Assembly (NCBI RefSeq): GCF_963921235.1
Contig: NC_086108.1
Location: 89,654,001 to 89,718,000, forward strand
Length of the DNA: 64,000 nucleotides
Reading direction: 5' to 3'
Source of the DNA: Mobula hypostoma
Taxonomy: Eukaryota
The notes under the pieces were generated by a model. That model did not search any database and was not told where the DNA came from. It saw only the letters and a list, made by a program, of their open reading frames with translations. Shown piece by piece: positions 1-12,063 of the stretch; within the stretch, counting starts at the first letter, position 1; each line of letters starts with the position of its first letter. Made by a program: the position numbers and the translations under genes.

Positions 1-318
1 TCAGAGTATTATCAAACTTCTTTCTGTGAGAGCTTGTTGTGTGCAAATTTTCAACTATTGTTCAGGAAACCATGCTACACTTCAAAAATATTTCACCTGT
101 TGTAAAGCACTTTGGACCTTCGTGAAGAGTCCCATTTGAATGTAGTCACCATAATATACCTAACTACAGAATGTGATGCAAACAATTATAGTTACAAGAT
201 AAGGAAGAGGCAATAGAAAATTTGAATTCAAAGTAATAGGCAAGAACTTTTTCCAGGAAGCAGTGTTCTCAGATAAAGTGATAAAAGTTCAGTTAAATAT
301 ATTCATACTCCAGGTCAG

Positions 319-3300
319 ATGAGAGATAACCCAGGTCAGGTTTCAGACCACAGTACCCAGGTAGATTCTTCGCATGATGGCGGTGGTGAGGAGGTAGAGA
401 AGAAGAGGAAGGTCAAGTGGCCAGTAATGGCAGATGAGAAGGCTTGGCGTGTATTTGATGAGGATATCAGTATGATGTTGGAGAACACTGTCAGGGGAAC
501 ATCGAAGAGAAAGTTAGAAGTGATGGGCAATATGATTTACGATGTTGGAAAGTACAGGTTTGGTTTGGTTGAGTTGAAGAAAACAAAGCCTACACAGCAA
601 CCAAGCAGGCGCCAGAAGGAGATTAGTAGGTTGAGGAGAGAACTTAGATCGTTGAGACAGAGGTGGAAGGTAGCAAGTGAGGGTGACAAGCCAGGGTGAC
701 AAGCCAGGGCTTGCTGATCTCCGAGAGCATTTTCGAATAAAGTTAGCATCACTCCATCGTGCAGAGTCACAACGTAAAAAGAGAAAGAAGAGAGAGAAGG
801 CAAGAAAGTCGTTCTTTGAGAACCCTCACGAGTTCACAAAGAAACTGTTTGAACAAAGTAAGAGCGGGCAGCTTAACATCTCTCAACAAGAACTTGAGGA
901 TCACCTAGCAAGCACTTACTCTAACAAACAGCAGGAGGCTCCTTTGCTTGACATTTCAGGGCTTGTGAAGCCTACCAAGCCAGGAGTGAAGTTTGATCTG
1001 TCAAACCCAAACTGGCAGAAGTCGAACGGTTCATCAGAAAGGCAAGGTCAGGCTCAGTGCCAGGACCTAATGGAGTGCCATATAAAGTGTTCAAGAAGTG
1101 TGAACAGCTGAGGAAATACTTGTGGAGATTGACAAAGGTGGTGTGGAGACAAGGTGTTGTTCCTTTGTCATGGAGTGAGGCTGAAGGAGTATACATCCCG
1201 AAGGAAGCGAATTCTTCTACATTGAATCAGTTCCGACCAATTTCACTCCTGAATGGAGAGGGGAAGATTATGTTTGGCATTCTGGCAGAAAGAATATCTT
1301 CATTTGTGATTGAAAATGGATTAGTAAATACATCTGTGCAGAAGGCAGGAATACCAGGCTTCCCGGGATGCCTTGAACATTCTAGTATGATATGGCATAA
1401 CATCCAGGAGTCAAAAAGATTGAGAAGAAATCTGGCTGTAGTTTGGCTTGATCTGGCAAATGCGTATGGTTCTGTTCCCCATGTCCTGATTGAGTTTGCA
1501 GTGGAATTCCTATGGATTCCTGCGAAGGTGAGGAACTCGGTTATGCAGTACTACAATGATTTCCGGATGAGGTTTTCCACTCAGCAGTTTACAACTAGGT
1601 GGCAGAGTCTGGATGTTGGAATCCCAATGGGATGTGCAATTTCACCCATCCTTTTTGTGTCAGCCATGGAGGTTATTGTGAGGGCTGTAGAATCAGTGGG
1701 ACCAGGTGTCGCACTTGATGGCGGAGAAGAGTTACCACCAATACGAGCATTCATGGATGATCTTACCCTTTTGGGTCCCAGCATGGAGCCAGTGGAAAAT
1801 GTACTATCTAGACTCGAGGAGCTAATGGATTGGGGAAGAATGAAGTTCAAGACCAAGAAGTCAAGGAGCCTTGTTCTTAGGAGAGGAAAGCTGGTTGACT
1901 TTCATTTCACCCTTTGTGGAGAGGAGATTCCATCCATTCAGGACCAACCAGTTAAGAGCCTCGGGCGATGGTACACAGAGGAGCTGAGAGACACTAAGAG
2001 GGTTCAAGAGACAGGAGAACAGATCAGCAGAGGTCTGATGTCTGTTGACAAGTTGAAGTTGTGGTGCTTGCAGTACAGACTGATGCCACGGATAATGTGG
2101 CCACTAACTGTCTATGAAGTGGCAATGTCCCATGTTGAGGGAATGGAATGGAAGTTCAACAAGTATGTGAAGAAGTGGCTTGGAGTACCGAGCAGCCTCA
2201 CCAATGTTGCAATCCACAGTAACCAGACAAAGCTTACCATCCCAGTGCAATCCCTTGTTGAGGAAGTCAAGGTGGCCAAGGTAAGATCATTCTTGATGCT
2301 TCAAGACTCAAAAGACCCTGTCATCAAGAACACCCAGCCAGATGTGAGATCAGGCAGGAAGTGGTCAGCCCGTGTAGCAGTTGATGAGGCAGAGTCCAGA
2401 TTGAAGCACAAGGAGACGGTTGGGGCTATCCAGCTAGGCTGCCAGGGACTTGGATGGACAACCCACAAGTGGTGATCATCTTCTACAGGTAAGGAGCGCC
2501 GTGAGCTTGTAACACAAGAAATACGAGAGGTAGAAGAGGAGAAGAGTAACTAAAACAGCTGGCCTGGCCAAACAAGGGGCTTGGACCCGGTGGGAAAGTG
2601 TTGAACAACAACACCTATCTTGGAATGTTCTGTGGCAGATGGAACCGCTCCGCATTTCTTTTCTATGCAGAGCAGCGTACGATCTGCTCCCAACACCTGC
2701 CAACCTCAGCACCTGGTATGAAGATAAGACAGACAGGTGTGCTGCTTGTGGCGAGAAGGGAACACTTCAACATATCTTGAGTGCATGCAGAGTCAATCTT
2801 TCCAGCGGCATGTACACTTGGAGACATAACAACGTTCTCAGAGTTGTAACAGAAGCGGTTGAGCAGAGAGTACTGCAGCACAACTTATCTCATGCCCCAT
2901 GCTGCACAGAACATCGTATATCATTTGTGAAAGAAGGTTCCAAGTCAAGGGTCTACAGCACAGGCTCACGATCAAGCATACTTTCTTCAGCCAATGATTG
3001 TTGTGTCAAGGCTGACCTGGATGGGAAAGGCAGTTTCCCGGAGCAAATAGCTTTCACAACATTGCGTCCAGATATAATCGTATGGTCTGACAGCAGTAGA
3101 GAAGCGGTTATTGGTGAACTCACAGTCCCCTGGGAAGACAACATCGATGAAGCCCATGAGCGCAAGTTAATCAAATATGCAGAGTTAAGATCAGAGTGCA
3201 GAGACAGAGGGTGGAAGATCTCATGCTATCCATTCGAAGTAGGCTGCCGTGGGTTTATTGCGTTCACTCTCCAGAAGTGGCTGCATGACCTTGGCTTCAC

Positions 3301-3397
3301 TAGAAGGGAGATCAAGTCAACCAGCAGGGCTGTAGCTGAGGCAGCAGAGAAAGGATCAGCATGGGTGTGGACCAAGTATGTCCAGAGGGGCAGATAG
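319..3397 (+). pseudogene. Disrupted RT-RLE ORF of the HERO-like element
   Basis: Lesions: 13-bp tandem duplication at 680-705 (frameshift), a frameshift near 1000-1015, TGA at 2473-2475, and a frameshift near 2545. Confidence 0.85.
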
Positions 3398-3556
3398 TCA
3401 GATAGTGTATACATATCTTGCAAACCCTTCAGTAGTTGGATAGACACCTGAAGAGCAGACTATCTGTTGGATGGAAGCGACCAACAACTCGATAGAGGCA
3501 GATGCCAAGTTTTTAAGCTCGCCAATGGGAGATGGTGCTTTAGCACTGCTGGCCCA

Positions 3557-3610
3557 CCACCTTGAGGGAGTCTTGATCATAAGAGGGCAGAAACTCCTGA
3601 AGACAGGTGG
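3557..3610 (+). other. Predicted kink-turn stem-loop in the retrotransposon 3' UTR
   Basis: Pairing read by hand: GGGAGT/ACTCCT helix, 3-nt GAA bulge, tandem G.A/A.G, C.U, then CCACCT/AGGTGG helix. Confidence 0.55.
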
Positions 3611-3804
3611 CAGATCGACTGATGATCCCACTGGTGATAGCACAGGACAGTTAACATCTTAGTCCACGTGTATTTTGTAACTCTAGAAAAGTTCACAGGT
3701 CAATAAATGAAACAAATCATTTTTAGAAAGTCAGAAGTAACCAATAGATGTAATAATGGGAAACATTCCATTTTAAAATTGTATATAAATACTATTAGTA
3801 TGCA

Positions 3805-3975
3805 ACTCATGTTCTCAGTATTATTTTTTTTTTTGATTTGCACAGTTTGGCTCCCTTTGCATCTTGGTTGTTTGTCAGCCTTTGTGAGTAGTTTTTCATT
3901 GATTTTGTTGTATTTCATTGTTCCACTGTGAATGCCTGCAAGAAAATAAATCTCAGAGTAGTAAATGGTGACAAA
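3805..3975 (+). mobile_element. Rex1/Babar LINE 3' UTR fragment
   Basis: Contains tgcctgcaagaaaataaatctcagagtagtaaatggtgaca, matching the 3' end of the Rex1-like copy at 53750-53792. Confidence 0.6.
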
Positions 3976-3984
3976 TGTTTCAGA

Positions 3985-5585
3985 ATTCTTTGAGGAAATA
4001 GCAAGCAGTATAGGCAAATGAGAGTCAGAGGATGTTGTTCACTTGGATGTTCAGAAGGTCTTTGACAAGGGGCCGCACCTGATACTGCTTACCAAGATAA
4101 AAGCCCATGGTATTACATGAATGGTACTAGCCTGGATAGAAGATTAGCTGACTGGCAGCAGGCAAACAGTGGAAATAAAGGGGGCCTCTTCTGGTGGGCT
4201 TTTGGTGACTAGTGGTGTTCGCAGGCATTGGGACCGCTTTCCTTCCTTTATGATTTGGATTTGGGTGACAGAATTGATGGCTTTGTGGCCAAGTTTGCAG
4301 GCAATACCAAGATAGGTGGAGGGGCAAGTAGTGTAGAGGAAGAAGGGAGTCTGCAGAAGGACAGGCAGATTTGGAGAATGGGCAAAGAGTGGCAGATGGA
4401 ATATAGTGTAGGGAACAGTATGGTCATGCAATTTGGTAGAAAGGATAACGGCGTAAACTATTTTCTAAATAGAGAGAAAATTCAAAAATCAGAGGTGCAT
4501 AGGGACTTGAGAATCCTCGTACAGGATTCCCTTCAAGTTAACTTGCAGGTTGAGTCAGGGGTAGGGATGCAAATGCAATATTAGTATTCATTTTCAGAGG
4601 ACTAGAATACAAGAGCAAGGATGTAATTTTGAGGCTTTATAAAGCATTGGTCAGACTTCGTTTGGAGTATTGTGAGCAGTTTTGGGTCCCTTATCTAAGA
4701 AAAGATGTGCCGGCATTGGAGAGGTCCAGAGGAGGTTCATGAGAAAGGTTCCGGAAATGAAAATGTTAACGTATGAGGAGCGTTCGATGGCTCTGGACCT
4801 GTACTCGCTGGAGTCTAGAAGAATGAGGGGGGATTTATTGAAAACTATTGACTTTTGAAAGGCTTAGATAAAGTGAATGTGGAGAGGATGTTTCCTATAG
4901 TGGGAGCATCTAGGACCAGAGGGCGCAGCCTCAGAACAGATGGCCATCTATTTAGAACATACTGTAGGTGAGGAGAATTTTTTTTAGCCAGGGAGTAGTG
5001 TACTGTGGAATTCAATGCCACAGGTTGCTGTGGAGGCCAAGATTGGGTATATTTAAAGCAGAGCCTGATAAGGTTCTTGATTAGTAATGATTACATCACA
5101 CGCTGCAGCCGCAAAGCAAACAGCATTACGAAGGACCCCACGCACCCCTCATATAAACTCTTCTCCCTCCTGCCATCTGGAAAAAGGCACCAAAGCATTC
5201 AGGCTCTCACGACCAGACTATGAAACTGTTTCTTCCCCCAAGCCCTCAGACTCCTCAATACCCAGGACCTGGACTGACACCAACCTACTGCCCTCTACTG
5301 TGCCTACTGTCTTGTTTATTATTTATTATTATTTATTGTAATGTCTGCATTGTTCTGTGCACTTTATGCAGTCCTGGATAGGTCTGTAGTCTAGTGTAGT
5401 TTTTGTGTTTTTTCTTACGTAGTTCAGTGTAGTTTTTGTATTGTTTCACGTAACACCATGGTCCTGGAAAACGTTGTCTCATTTTTACTATGTTCTGTAC
5501 CAGCAGTTATGGTTGAAATGACAATTAAAAAGTGACTTGACTTGATATCAAAGGTTATTGTGAGAAGCCAGAAGAATGGGGTCGA
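3985..5585 (+). mobile_element. Decayed 5'-truncated CR1 LINE (RT 3' half), interrupted by a Rex1-like fragment
   Basis: Frameshifted CR1 RT motifs (DVQKVFDK, FVAKFAGNTKIGG, YCEQFWVPYLRKD). CR1 sequence resumes at about 5545 after the insert. Confidence 0.85.
5087..5543 (+). mobile_element. Rex1/Babar LINE 3' fragment inserted in CR1
   Basis: Encodes RCSRKANSITKDPTHPSYKLFSLLPSGKR, typical of the Rex1 C-terminus. Ends in a (GACTT)n tail. Confidence 0.8.
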
Positions 5586-7059
5586 GATCTTAATGTACAC
5601 AGCAGTAGAGAAACAAGCAAATAGGTAATGTTTAATTGATGCTGAACTCTTGTGTACACAAGGATTAAAAACATTGTTTCCCTCTCTCCCCCCACCCTGA
5701 CCAATAATATACCAAATGACAAATTATGTAGTGGAGGAGGATATGGCTAAGCTTTCAAATAAGAGATGGGTCCCACTTTTATTAATGCTTTATATAACAC
5801 TGATCTTAATTTAACAGCATCATGAACACAGGAGGAGGTCTTACAGCCCACAGTGCTTGTAGTGGCTCTTTGAATAACTTATCCATTTAGTTCCATTCAC
5901 CAGCTCTTGGTTCTGGGGCCCTGCAGATGAATTTTCAGTTACTTTTCAGAAGTTTCAATCTAAAATGCTGCCATCACTATTTCAGTTAAACTGTTTCACA
6001 TCACACCACACATTCCATATCAACAAAGTCATCTCTCTCTTTATCCTTTTGATAAATCTGTATTCCTCCTTCATGAAACCGTTCTTCCTTACTTTTCCAT
6101 TGAAAAGCTCCCACTTTGTCCAGTGATGGTGAGTATCCTTGGTTTGCTGTCTACTTCTAATGCTTTCAGGAAAGTAGTTACCTTATCTCTCTGGAAATAT
6201 AAAGTTCAAAGAGTCATACCTCACAGAAACACACCCATTAGTCCATTATGATCACATCAACCATGATCTATATTAATCCCATTTACCAGCACTTGGTCTG
6301 TAGCTTTCAATGAATTGGTGATTCAAGCTCTCATTTAAATGTTGTTAGATGCCTGCCTTCACCACATACTCAGACAGTGTATTCCAAATTATATCTCCTC
6401 TCGTCCTTTTACTCCTTACCTTTGAGATATCTAATACTTCGCCATTTTCACCACCACTCTTCCCCTTACTGAAATCTCACTACAACGTCCTTACTGAATA
6501 TAAATGAAAAGTATTTATTTAAGGCCTCAGCATCTGGCTCTAAGTGTGTATTCCTTATGGCTTCTACTCCGTAGTTACCCTCCCACTATTTTTTAATTTT
6601 TTAAATTTTTAAAAATTTTTTAATTTTATTTTATTACAAACAAAAAACACAAAAAATACAGCATTCCACAAAAACCACAATCATAGCAAAATCAAATTAA
6701 ATATTGAGCAGCAAAAGGGAGAAAAATATAAAGGCAAAAGTAGCCATACACGTCAGAGTGCACCGCACCAAAAAACCTCACTCCTCACCCCGTAAGAAAG
6801 TCCAATACAGAGCCCCATATCCCACTCTTCACTGACTTATAAAATTCTTTGAGATTTACTTAATTTTGTCTATGAATCATAATTCATGTCCCATCTTAAC
6901 CCTGCAAGAGGTTCCTGTCTGTTCACCTCCTCCTTTGGGAGGAGGTGAACTCAGGGACCCAAAAAGGCTTTCCCTTTGGAAGGACTGTTACAAGACGCAG
7001 GCTGAAGAGGGCAACACCTCACTTGTAAGTCTATCAGAGTACTGTATCCACTGCTCCCA

Positions 7060-7480
7060 TTACAGCCTCCTCTAATCAGTGAGACCCAACATCCTGTAGT
7101 TTGGAGGGCCACTTTGTCAAGCACATTTGCTCAAGCAGGATTTCCCCTTGGCTTACCATTTTAATTGCACGCCCTATTCCCGCCCTGATAGTTAGTCCAT
7201 GTCGTAATGAGGCCTCTCTCTGGTCAGAGGAGCAGCACCTCATATTCTGTCGGGATTGCATCCAACCTGATAGCACGAACATTGATTTCTCTAACCTAGT
7301 AATTTCTCCCCCTCCTCCTCTCTCTTCTTCCATTCCCCATTCTGGCTCCCTTCCAACCCCTTCTCCTCACCTGCCTATCACCTCACACCAGGTGCCCCTC
7401 ATCCTTCCATTTCTCCCATGGTCCACCCTCCTCTCCAAGCAGATCCCTTCTTCAGCCATTTGACTTCACCACCAATCACT
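7060..7480 (+). mobile_element. Penelope-like element fragment (GIY-YIG C-terminus and pLTR)
   Basis: EEQHLIFC...QPDSTNIDFSN followed by a C/T-rich tail. Same sequence family as 56140-57530. Confidence 0.7.
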
Positions 7481-7515
7481 GTATGTGTGTATGTAGTTTC
7501 CTTGTTCACCATCTT

Positions 7516-8770
7516 AGAAACATAGAAACATAGAAAATAGGTGCAGGAGTAGGCCATTCAGCCCTTCGAGCCTGCACCGCCATTTATTATGATCATGGCT
7601 GATCATCCAACTCAGAACCCTGCCCCAGCCTTCCCTCCATACCCCCTGACCCCCGTAGCCACAAGGGCCATATCTAACTCCCTCTTAAATATAGCCAGTG
7701 AACTGGCCTCAACTGTTTCCTGTGGCAGAGAATTCCACAGATTCACCACTCTCTGTGTGAAGAAGTTTTTCCTAATCTCGGTCCTAAAAGGCTTCCCCTC
7801 TATCCTCAAACTGTGGCCCCTCGTTCTGGACTTCCCCAACATTGGGAACAATCTTCCTGCATCTAGCCTGTCCAATCCCTTTAGGATCTTATACGTTTCA
7901 ATCAGATCCCCCCTCAATCTTCTAAATTCCAACGAGTACAAGCCCAGTTCATCCAGTCTTTCTTCATATGAAAGTCCTGCCATCCCAGGAATCAATCTGG
8001 TGAACCTTCTTTGTACTCCCTCTATGGCAAAGATGTCTTTCTTCAGATTAGGGGACCAAAACTGCACACAATACTCCAGGTGTGGTCTCACCAAGGCCTT
8101 GTACAACTGCAGTAGTACCTCCCTGCTCCTGTACTCGAATCCTCTCGCTATAAATGCCAGCATACCATTCGCCTTTTTCACCGCCTGCTGTACCTGCATG
8201 CCCACTTTCAATGACTGGTGTATAATGACACCCAGGTCTCGTTGCACCTCCCCTTTTCCTAATCGGCCACCATTCAGATAATAATCTGTTTTCCTATTTT
8301 TGCCACCAAAGTGGATAACTTCACATTTATCCACATTAAATTGCATCTGCCATGAATTTGCCCACTCACCCAACCTATCCAAGTCACCCTGCATCCTCTT
8401 AGCATCCTCCTCACTGCTAACACTGCCACCCAGCTTCGTGTCATCCGCAAACTTGTAGATGCTGCATTTAATTCCCTCATCCAAGTCATTAATATATATT
8501 GTAAACAACTGGGGTCCCAGCACTGAGCCTTGCGGTACCCCACTAGTCACCGCCTGCCATTCTGAAAAGGTCCCGTTTATTCCCACTCTTTGCTTCCTGT
8601 CTGCTAACCAATTCTCCACCCTCACCAATACCTTACCCCCAATACCGTGTGCTTTAAGTTTGCACACTAATCTCCTGTGTGGGACCTTGTCAAAAGCCTT
8701 TTGAAAATCCAAATATACCACATCCACTGGTTCTCCCCTATCCACTCTACTAGTTACATCCTCAAAAAAT
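7516..8770 (-). mobile_element. Young 5'-truncated CR1 LINE with an open RT C-terminal ORF (7612-8745)
   Basis: 377-aa ORF with [23 protein letters not shown] and FADD. (TTTCTATG)n tail. Candidate TSD ATCTT at 7511-7515 and 8769-8773. Nearly identical to 47679-48911 and 59717-60940. Confidence 0.95.
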
Positions 8771-8773
8771 CTT

Positions 8774-9130
8774 CTAGCCTATCACTAACCTCTCCAACCA
8801 ATTTACATTTTCTTTCAATTTGATACCCTTCTCAACCTCCTTGGTTAGCCATGGCGGATTTGCTAGGAGTTTTGCTTCCCAGTGGTATATATAGTACATT
8901 GATTGAGAATTAAAAAGTATCTTCTTAAATACTTGCCACAGTTTATCCACCATTGTACCTTTTAATAATTTTCCCCAATCCACTTGATGGAATTCTGCAT
9001 TCAGACCTAAATGATTAAATTTACTTAAGGCTAGTTTCAGACCCAAGATTTTCACTTTTGAAATAAATGTAAAGTTTTATCATATTCTGGTCACTTTTCC
9101 CCAGATGACAGTTTACATTGAGATAATTAT
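8774..9130 (-). mobile_element. Old CR1 ORF2 linker fragment
   Basis: VDWGKLL...PPWLTKEV resembles the CR1 EN-RT linker (compare IDWQMTL...HPWLTREI in 45780-47444). Confidence 0.6.
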
Positions 9131-10346
9131 TCCTGGTGTGGAGATTGGTTGAGAAAATTGATTTGAAACTCAGTATCAACCATGCTCTTATTAAATAGCC
9201 TACACCTGCTTCTATTTTCAATGTTCTTGGGAAGATTACAAAATCAGTTCTCAGCTGTGCAAGCTACCAACAATATGTTTCTACCATTCTGTATTTGAAG
9301 TATTTTTCTTGCAGTACTGCAATTTCTTATTAACTGTTTATGCAACAAAGGGCATGAGTAGATTTTTTTTCATTTCACTAATTTCACTCCCAATTATCTG
9401 TTGATTTCTTTGTATTGAGGACCAAGAAGTAGACTTGTCCTTCACATTTTACCCCCCAGTTGCTTTTTTTTTTGTGAAAATTATGGGATTAAGCAAGAAA
9501 TGTACTTAAAGCTCCATAGAGTCAACAAGAAGGATATAGGAAACCTGTCATGGTAATTGTTAAATAAGTCGTGCTTTTCATTTGATATTTAATGTAACAT
9601 GTTAGAAAAATCCATTGCCATATAATCACCTTCACAGTGCAATCAGCACCAACGTTTAGCAAAATTAAAGTATTACTGTAAGTCTGAAATAAAATCATAG
9701 ATACTATAAACTATCTGCTGGCTATGCAGCTCTTATAGAAAGAGAAATGGAGTTAATAGCCTTGGCAAAGTTGATAGTTCCTTGTGGAAATGTGAGCATT
9801 TACAAAAGCCCTCTACTGCATGGGGCATTGCCATTTTGGATAGGCATAGCTTCTGTAAGCAAGTTCGCAACGACAGATGTGTAACTGTTATGTACTTTGT
9901 TATCACATGCAGATCAACAAGAAACGTTAGGGTGAATTGCTGGCAGCAGTGGATAGCCCAGGTTATTAGGTTCTGATGACCTTTCAGGATCTTTCCTACA
10001 TTCAGTCACCTGAACTGAACAATGACCTCACCTGCTTCACAGACCTGCCAAGTGCAGATTTTTCTCATTCTCTTACAAATGTAGTAAAAATACTTAAAAA
10101 TAAATTAATGTTGTAAGGAGCAGCTGCTCCCCTATTAAATTTTAATTCCAATTTCTCCGAGTGTCTTATTTTGTAAGCGTGCACAGTTAAATTGGTCTTC
10201 TAACATCCCTTGACAAGGAAGAAGAATAATTCACTCATAAAGAAAATTATTCCCACTGCCAATGAATGTTTAACCATGTTCTTTTTCGCTGTTATATATG
10301 TAACAAAGTTTTAACATTGCAAATTGATTTTATTTGTACCTTTTAG

Positions 10347-10523
10347 ATGTATATTACATGTACTGTGAAGACAACTGGAACAAGACTTGCAAAACCTCTC
10401 CTCTGTTTGGGTCTGATGTGTTTGGCATTTCTGACTGGAATAAACAGGGTAGCAGAATACCGAAATCACTGGTCAGATGTTGTGGCAGGATTCATCATAG
10501 GAACAGCTGTAGGAGTATTTTTG
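10347..10523 (+). CDS. PLPPR5: Internal coding exon (177 bp, phase 0/0) of a phospholipid phosphatase-related protein, PLPPR5-like
   Basis: Acceptor ttttag| and donor |gtgagt. Encodes MYITCTVKTTGTRLAKPLLCLGLMCLAFLTGINRVAEYRNHWSDVVAGFIIGTAVGVFL, containing the PLPPR C3 motif (RVAEYRNHWSDV) and the last TM helices. The family is clear; the paralog (5 vs 1 or 2) is less certain. Confidence 0.88.
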
Positions 10524-11074
10524 GTGAGTAAGTACTATTACAATAAAATAACATACAAGGCCAGATAAGATAAAATACTGTTCCTCGAGAGAAAGGATCC
10601 ATATATTCCACATACATTATTCATGGCTTCATCTGTTTTGTGGTGTGTTCAGCACTTTCCATTTACTTCAGAAAATTAGTAAAGCACAGGTCCAGTTCAG
10701 TTCAACATACAATTGGCAAACATTTAAACTGTGTCTCTGTCGAGACTGTAGGCCAATGAATGATGCTGTTTTATATCTCTAAAAAAATTAAAGAATCTGC
10801 AAGTATTGACTTCTCTGAGGAATCTGATTGCATAACTTAATGTTTGTGTGTACTGTATGATTCAGTTTTGTTGTAAAGGTCATTGAAAATCCCGGATTTT
10901 TTGTGCTGTGCTACAGAGATTACGATTTTTGTTCTGGACCAGAAATGTACAGTGGTATTGTGTGTATGTCTGGGTGCCACTCTTGAGATTTTCGGGATTC
11001 TACGTACAGCTCTTGATAAACATGAGCAAATCACACTCAGGGAACACTTTACTAAGACTGAGGCGGAAGCCAGT

Positions 11075-11594
11075 GTGGTCTTCTGCTGCTGTAGGCCACC
11101 CACTTCAAGGTTCGAAATGTTGTACATTCAGAGATGTTCTTCTGCACGCTACTGTTGTTACGTGTGGTTATTTGAGTTACTATTGCCTTTCTGTCAGCTT
11201 GAACCAGTTTGGCCATTCTCCTCTGAACTCTCTTATTAACAAGGCGTTTTCACCCACAGAACTGCAGCTCACTGATTTTTTTTTTTGGAGATGAGGATGC
11301 CGGGAGGTTTGCACCATTCTTAGTAGACTCCGTTGTGTGTGAAAATCCCAACAGCTCAGCAGTATCTGAGATACTCAAACCAACCCATCTGGCTCTAACA
11401 ACCATTTCACGGTCAAAGTCACTTAGATCACATTTGTTCCATATTCTTGTGTTTGGTCTGAGAAATAACTAAACCTCTTGATGACGTCTGCATGCTTTTA
11501 TGCATTGTGTTGCTGCCACGTGATTGGTTGATTAGAATATTTGCATAAACAAGCAGGTGTACAGGTGTACCTAATAAAGTAGCCATTGAATGTA
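11075..11594. mobile_element. Non-autonomous Tc1/mariner-type element (partial)
   Basis: Ends in caggtgtacctaataaagtagccattgaatgTA, a Tc1-like TIR plus TA. The body matches the split copy at 31631-35537. Confidence 0.7.
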
Positions 11595-11815
11595 TTTAGA
11601 AATAGGCTTTTAAAACACTTATAAAACTACCTGCTGCATGCATAATTGCTTGTGCTGTCTCCTGCTGGCACAGTGGAACTGATCTGGGCAGTTTGTCTTT
11701 AAGGTATAACTTGCCACTCCCATTTGCCAGAATTGTTGCTGCTAGGCAACCTAATTCTACAGATTGTAGTCCTTAACAAAAGTGTGGCCCAATATTTCTC
11801 TATTGCAATGTCTCT

Positions 11816-12063
11816 TGCTATGTTTTGTAACTCCAAAACATTAAAAAAAACTAATTAATAGAAGAACACAGAGCCGGGTATAGCTCATGTACATTTAACT
11901 TTCATGTTCAGCGAGGCATGCACTTATCATATGGTAGCATTATGACATATGCAATTCACATATTTTACATATAATCCATAATGAATTATTTAAATGAACA
12001 ATAATGCTTAATCAAACACTATTTACAATAATACATAAATATTACTGAAATATTAAATATGCA
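11816..12063 (-). repeat. 3' LTR of the Mag-like element
   Basis: tgctatgttttgtaactccaaaac...tattaaatatgca, adjacent to the PPT. Confidence 0.85.

Larger units (their letters stand above)
311..3700 (+). mobile_element. 5'-truncated, decayed non-LTR retrotransposon of the RLE (R2 group) type, most like the HERO clade
   Basis: ORF pieces 319-699, 677-1111, 1057-2475 and 2639-3397 join into one protein. It has RT motifs (FRPISLLN, WLDLANAYGSVPH, GIPMGCAISP, AFMDDL), then a CCHC knuckle (CAACGEKGTLQHILSAC), RHN, and a PD-(D/E)xK endonuclease (RPDIIVW...ELTVPWE...KLIKY). A 3' UTR of about 300 bp follows. No clear TSD. Confidence 0.9.

Noticed and set aside
3585..3632. GAAAC...CTGATGA in the RLE element 3' UTR read as a hammerhead ribozyme
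   Set aside because: In the required type II topology there is no NUH cleavage triplet closing stem III, and stems I and II do not pair convincingly. The k-turn reading fits better.
6588..6635. A/T-only quasi-palindrome
   Set aside because: Low complexity, probably a decayed poly(A) tail of an antisense retroelement.
7589..8281. 230-aa plus-strand ORF, and similar ORFs at 46145-46921, 47720-48124 and 60494-60898
   Set aside because: These are antisense shadows of CR1 ORF2 that recur in each copy, with no independent protein motifs.
10524..10568. ORF-track extension VSKYYYNKITYKAR after the PLPPR exon
   Set aside because: Read-through past a consensus GTGAGT donor. Family similarity continues at 44916 instead.
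10837..11294. Overlapping 96-128 aa ORFs just downstream of the exon
   Set aside because: They run into a non-coding Tc1-type repeat, with no splice or homology support.
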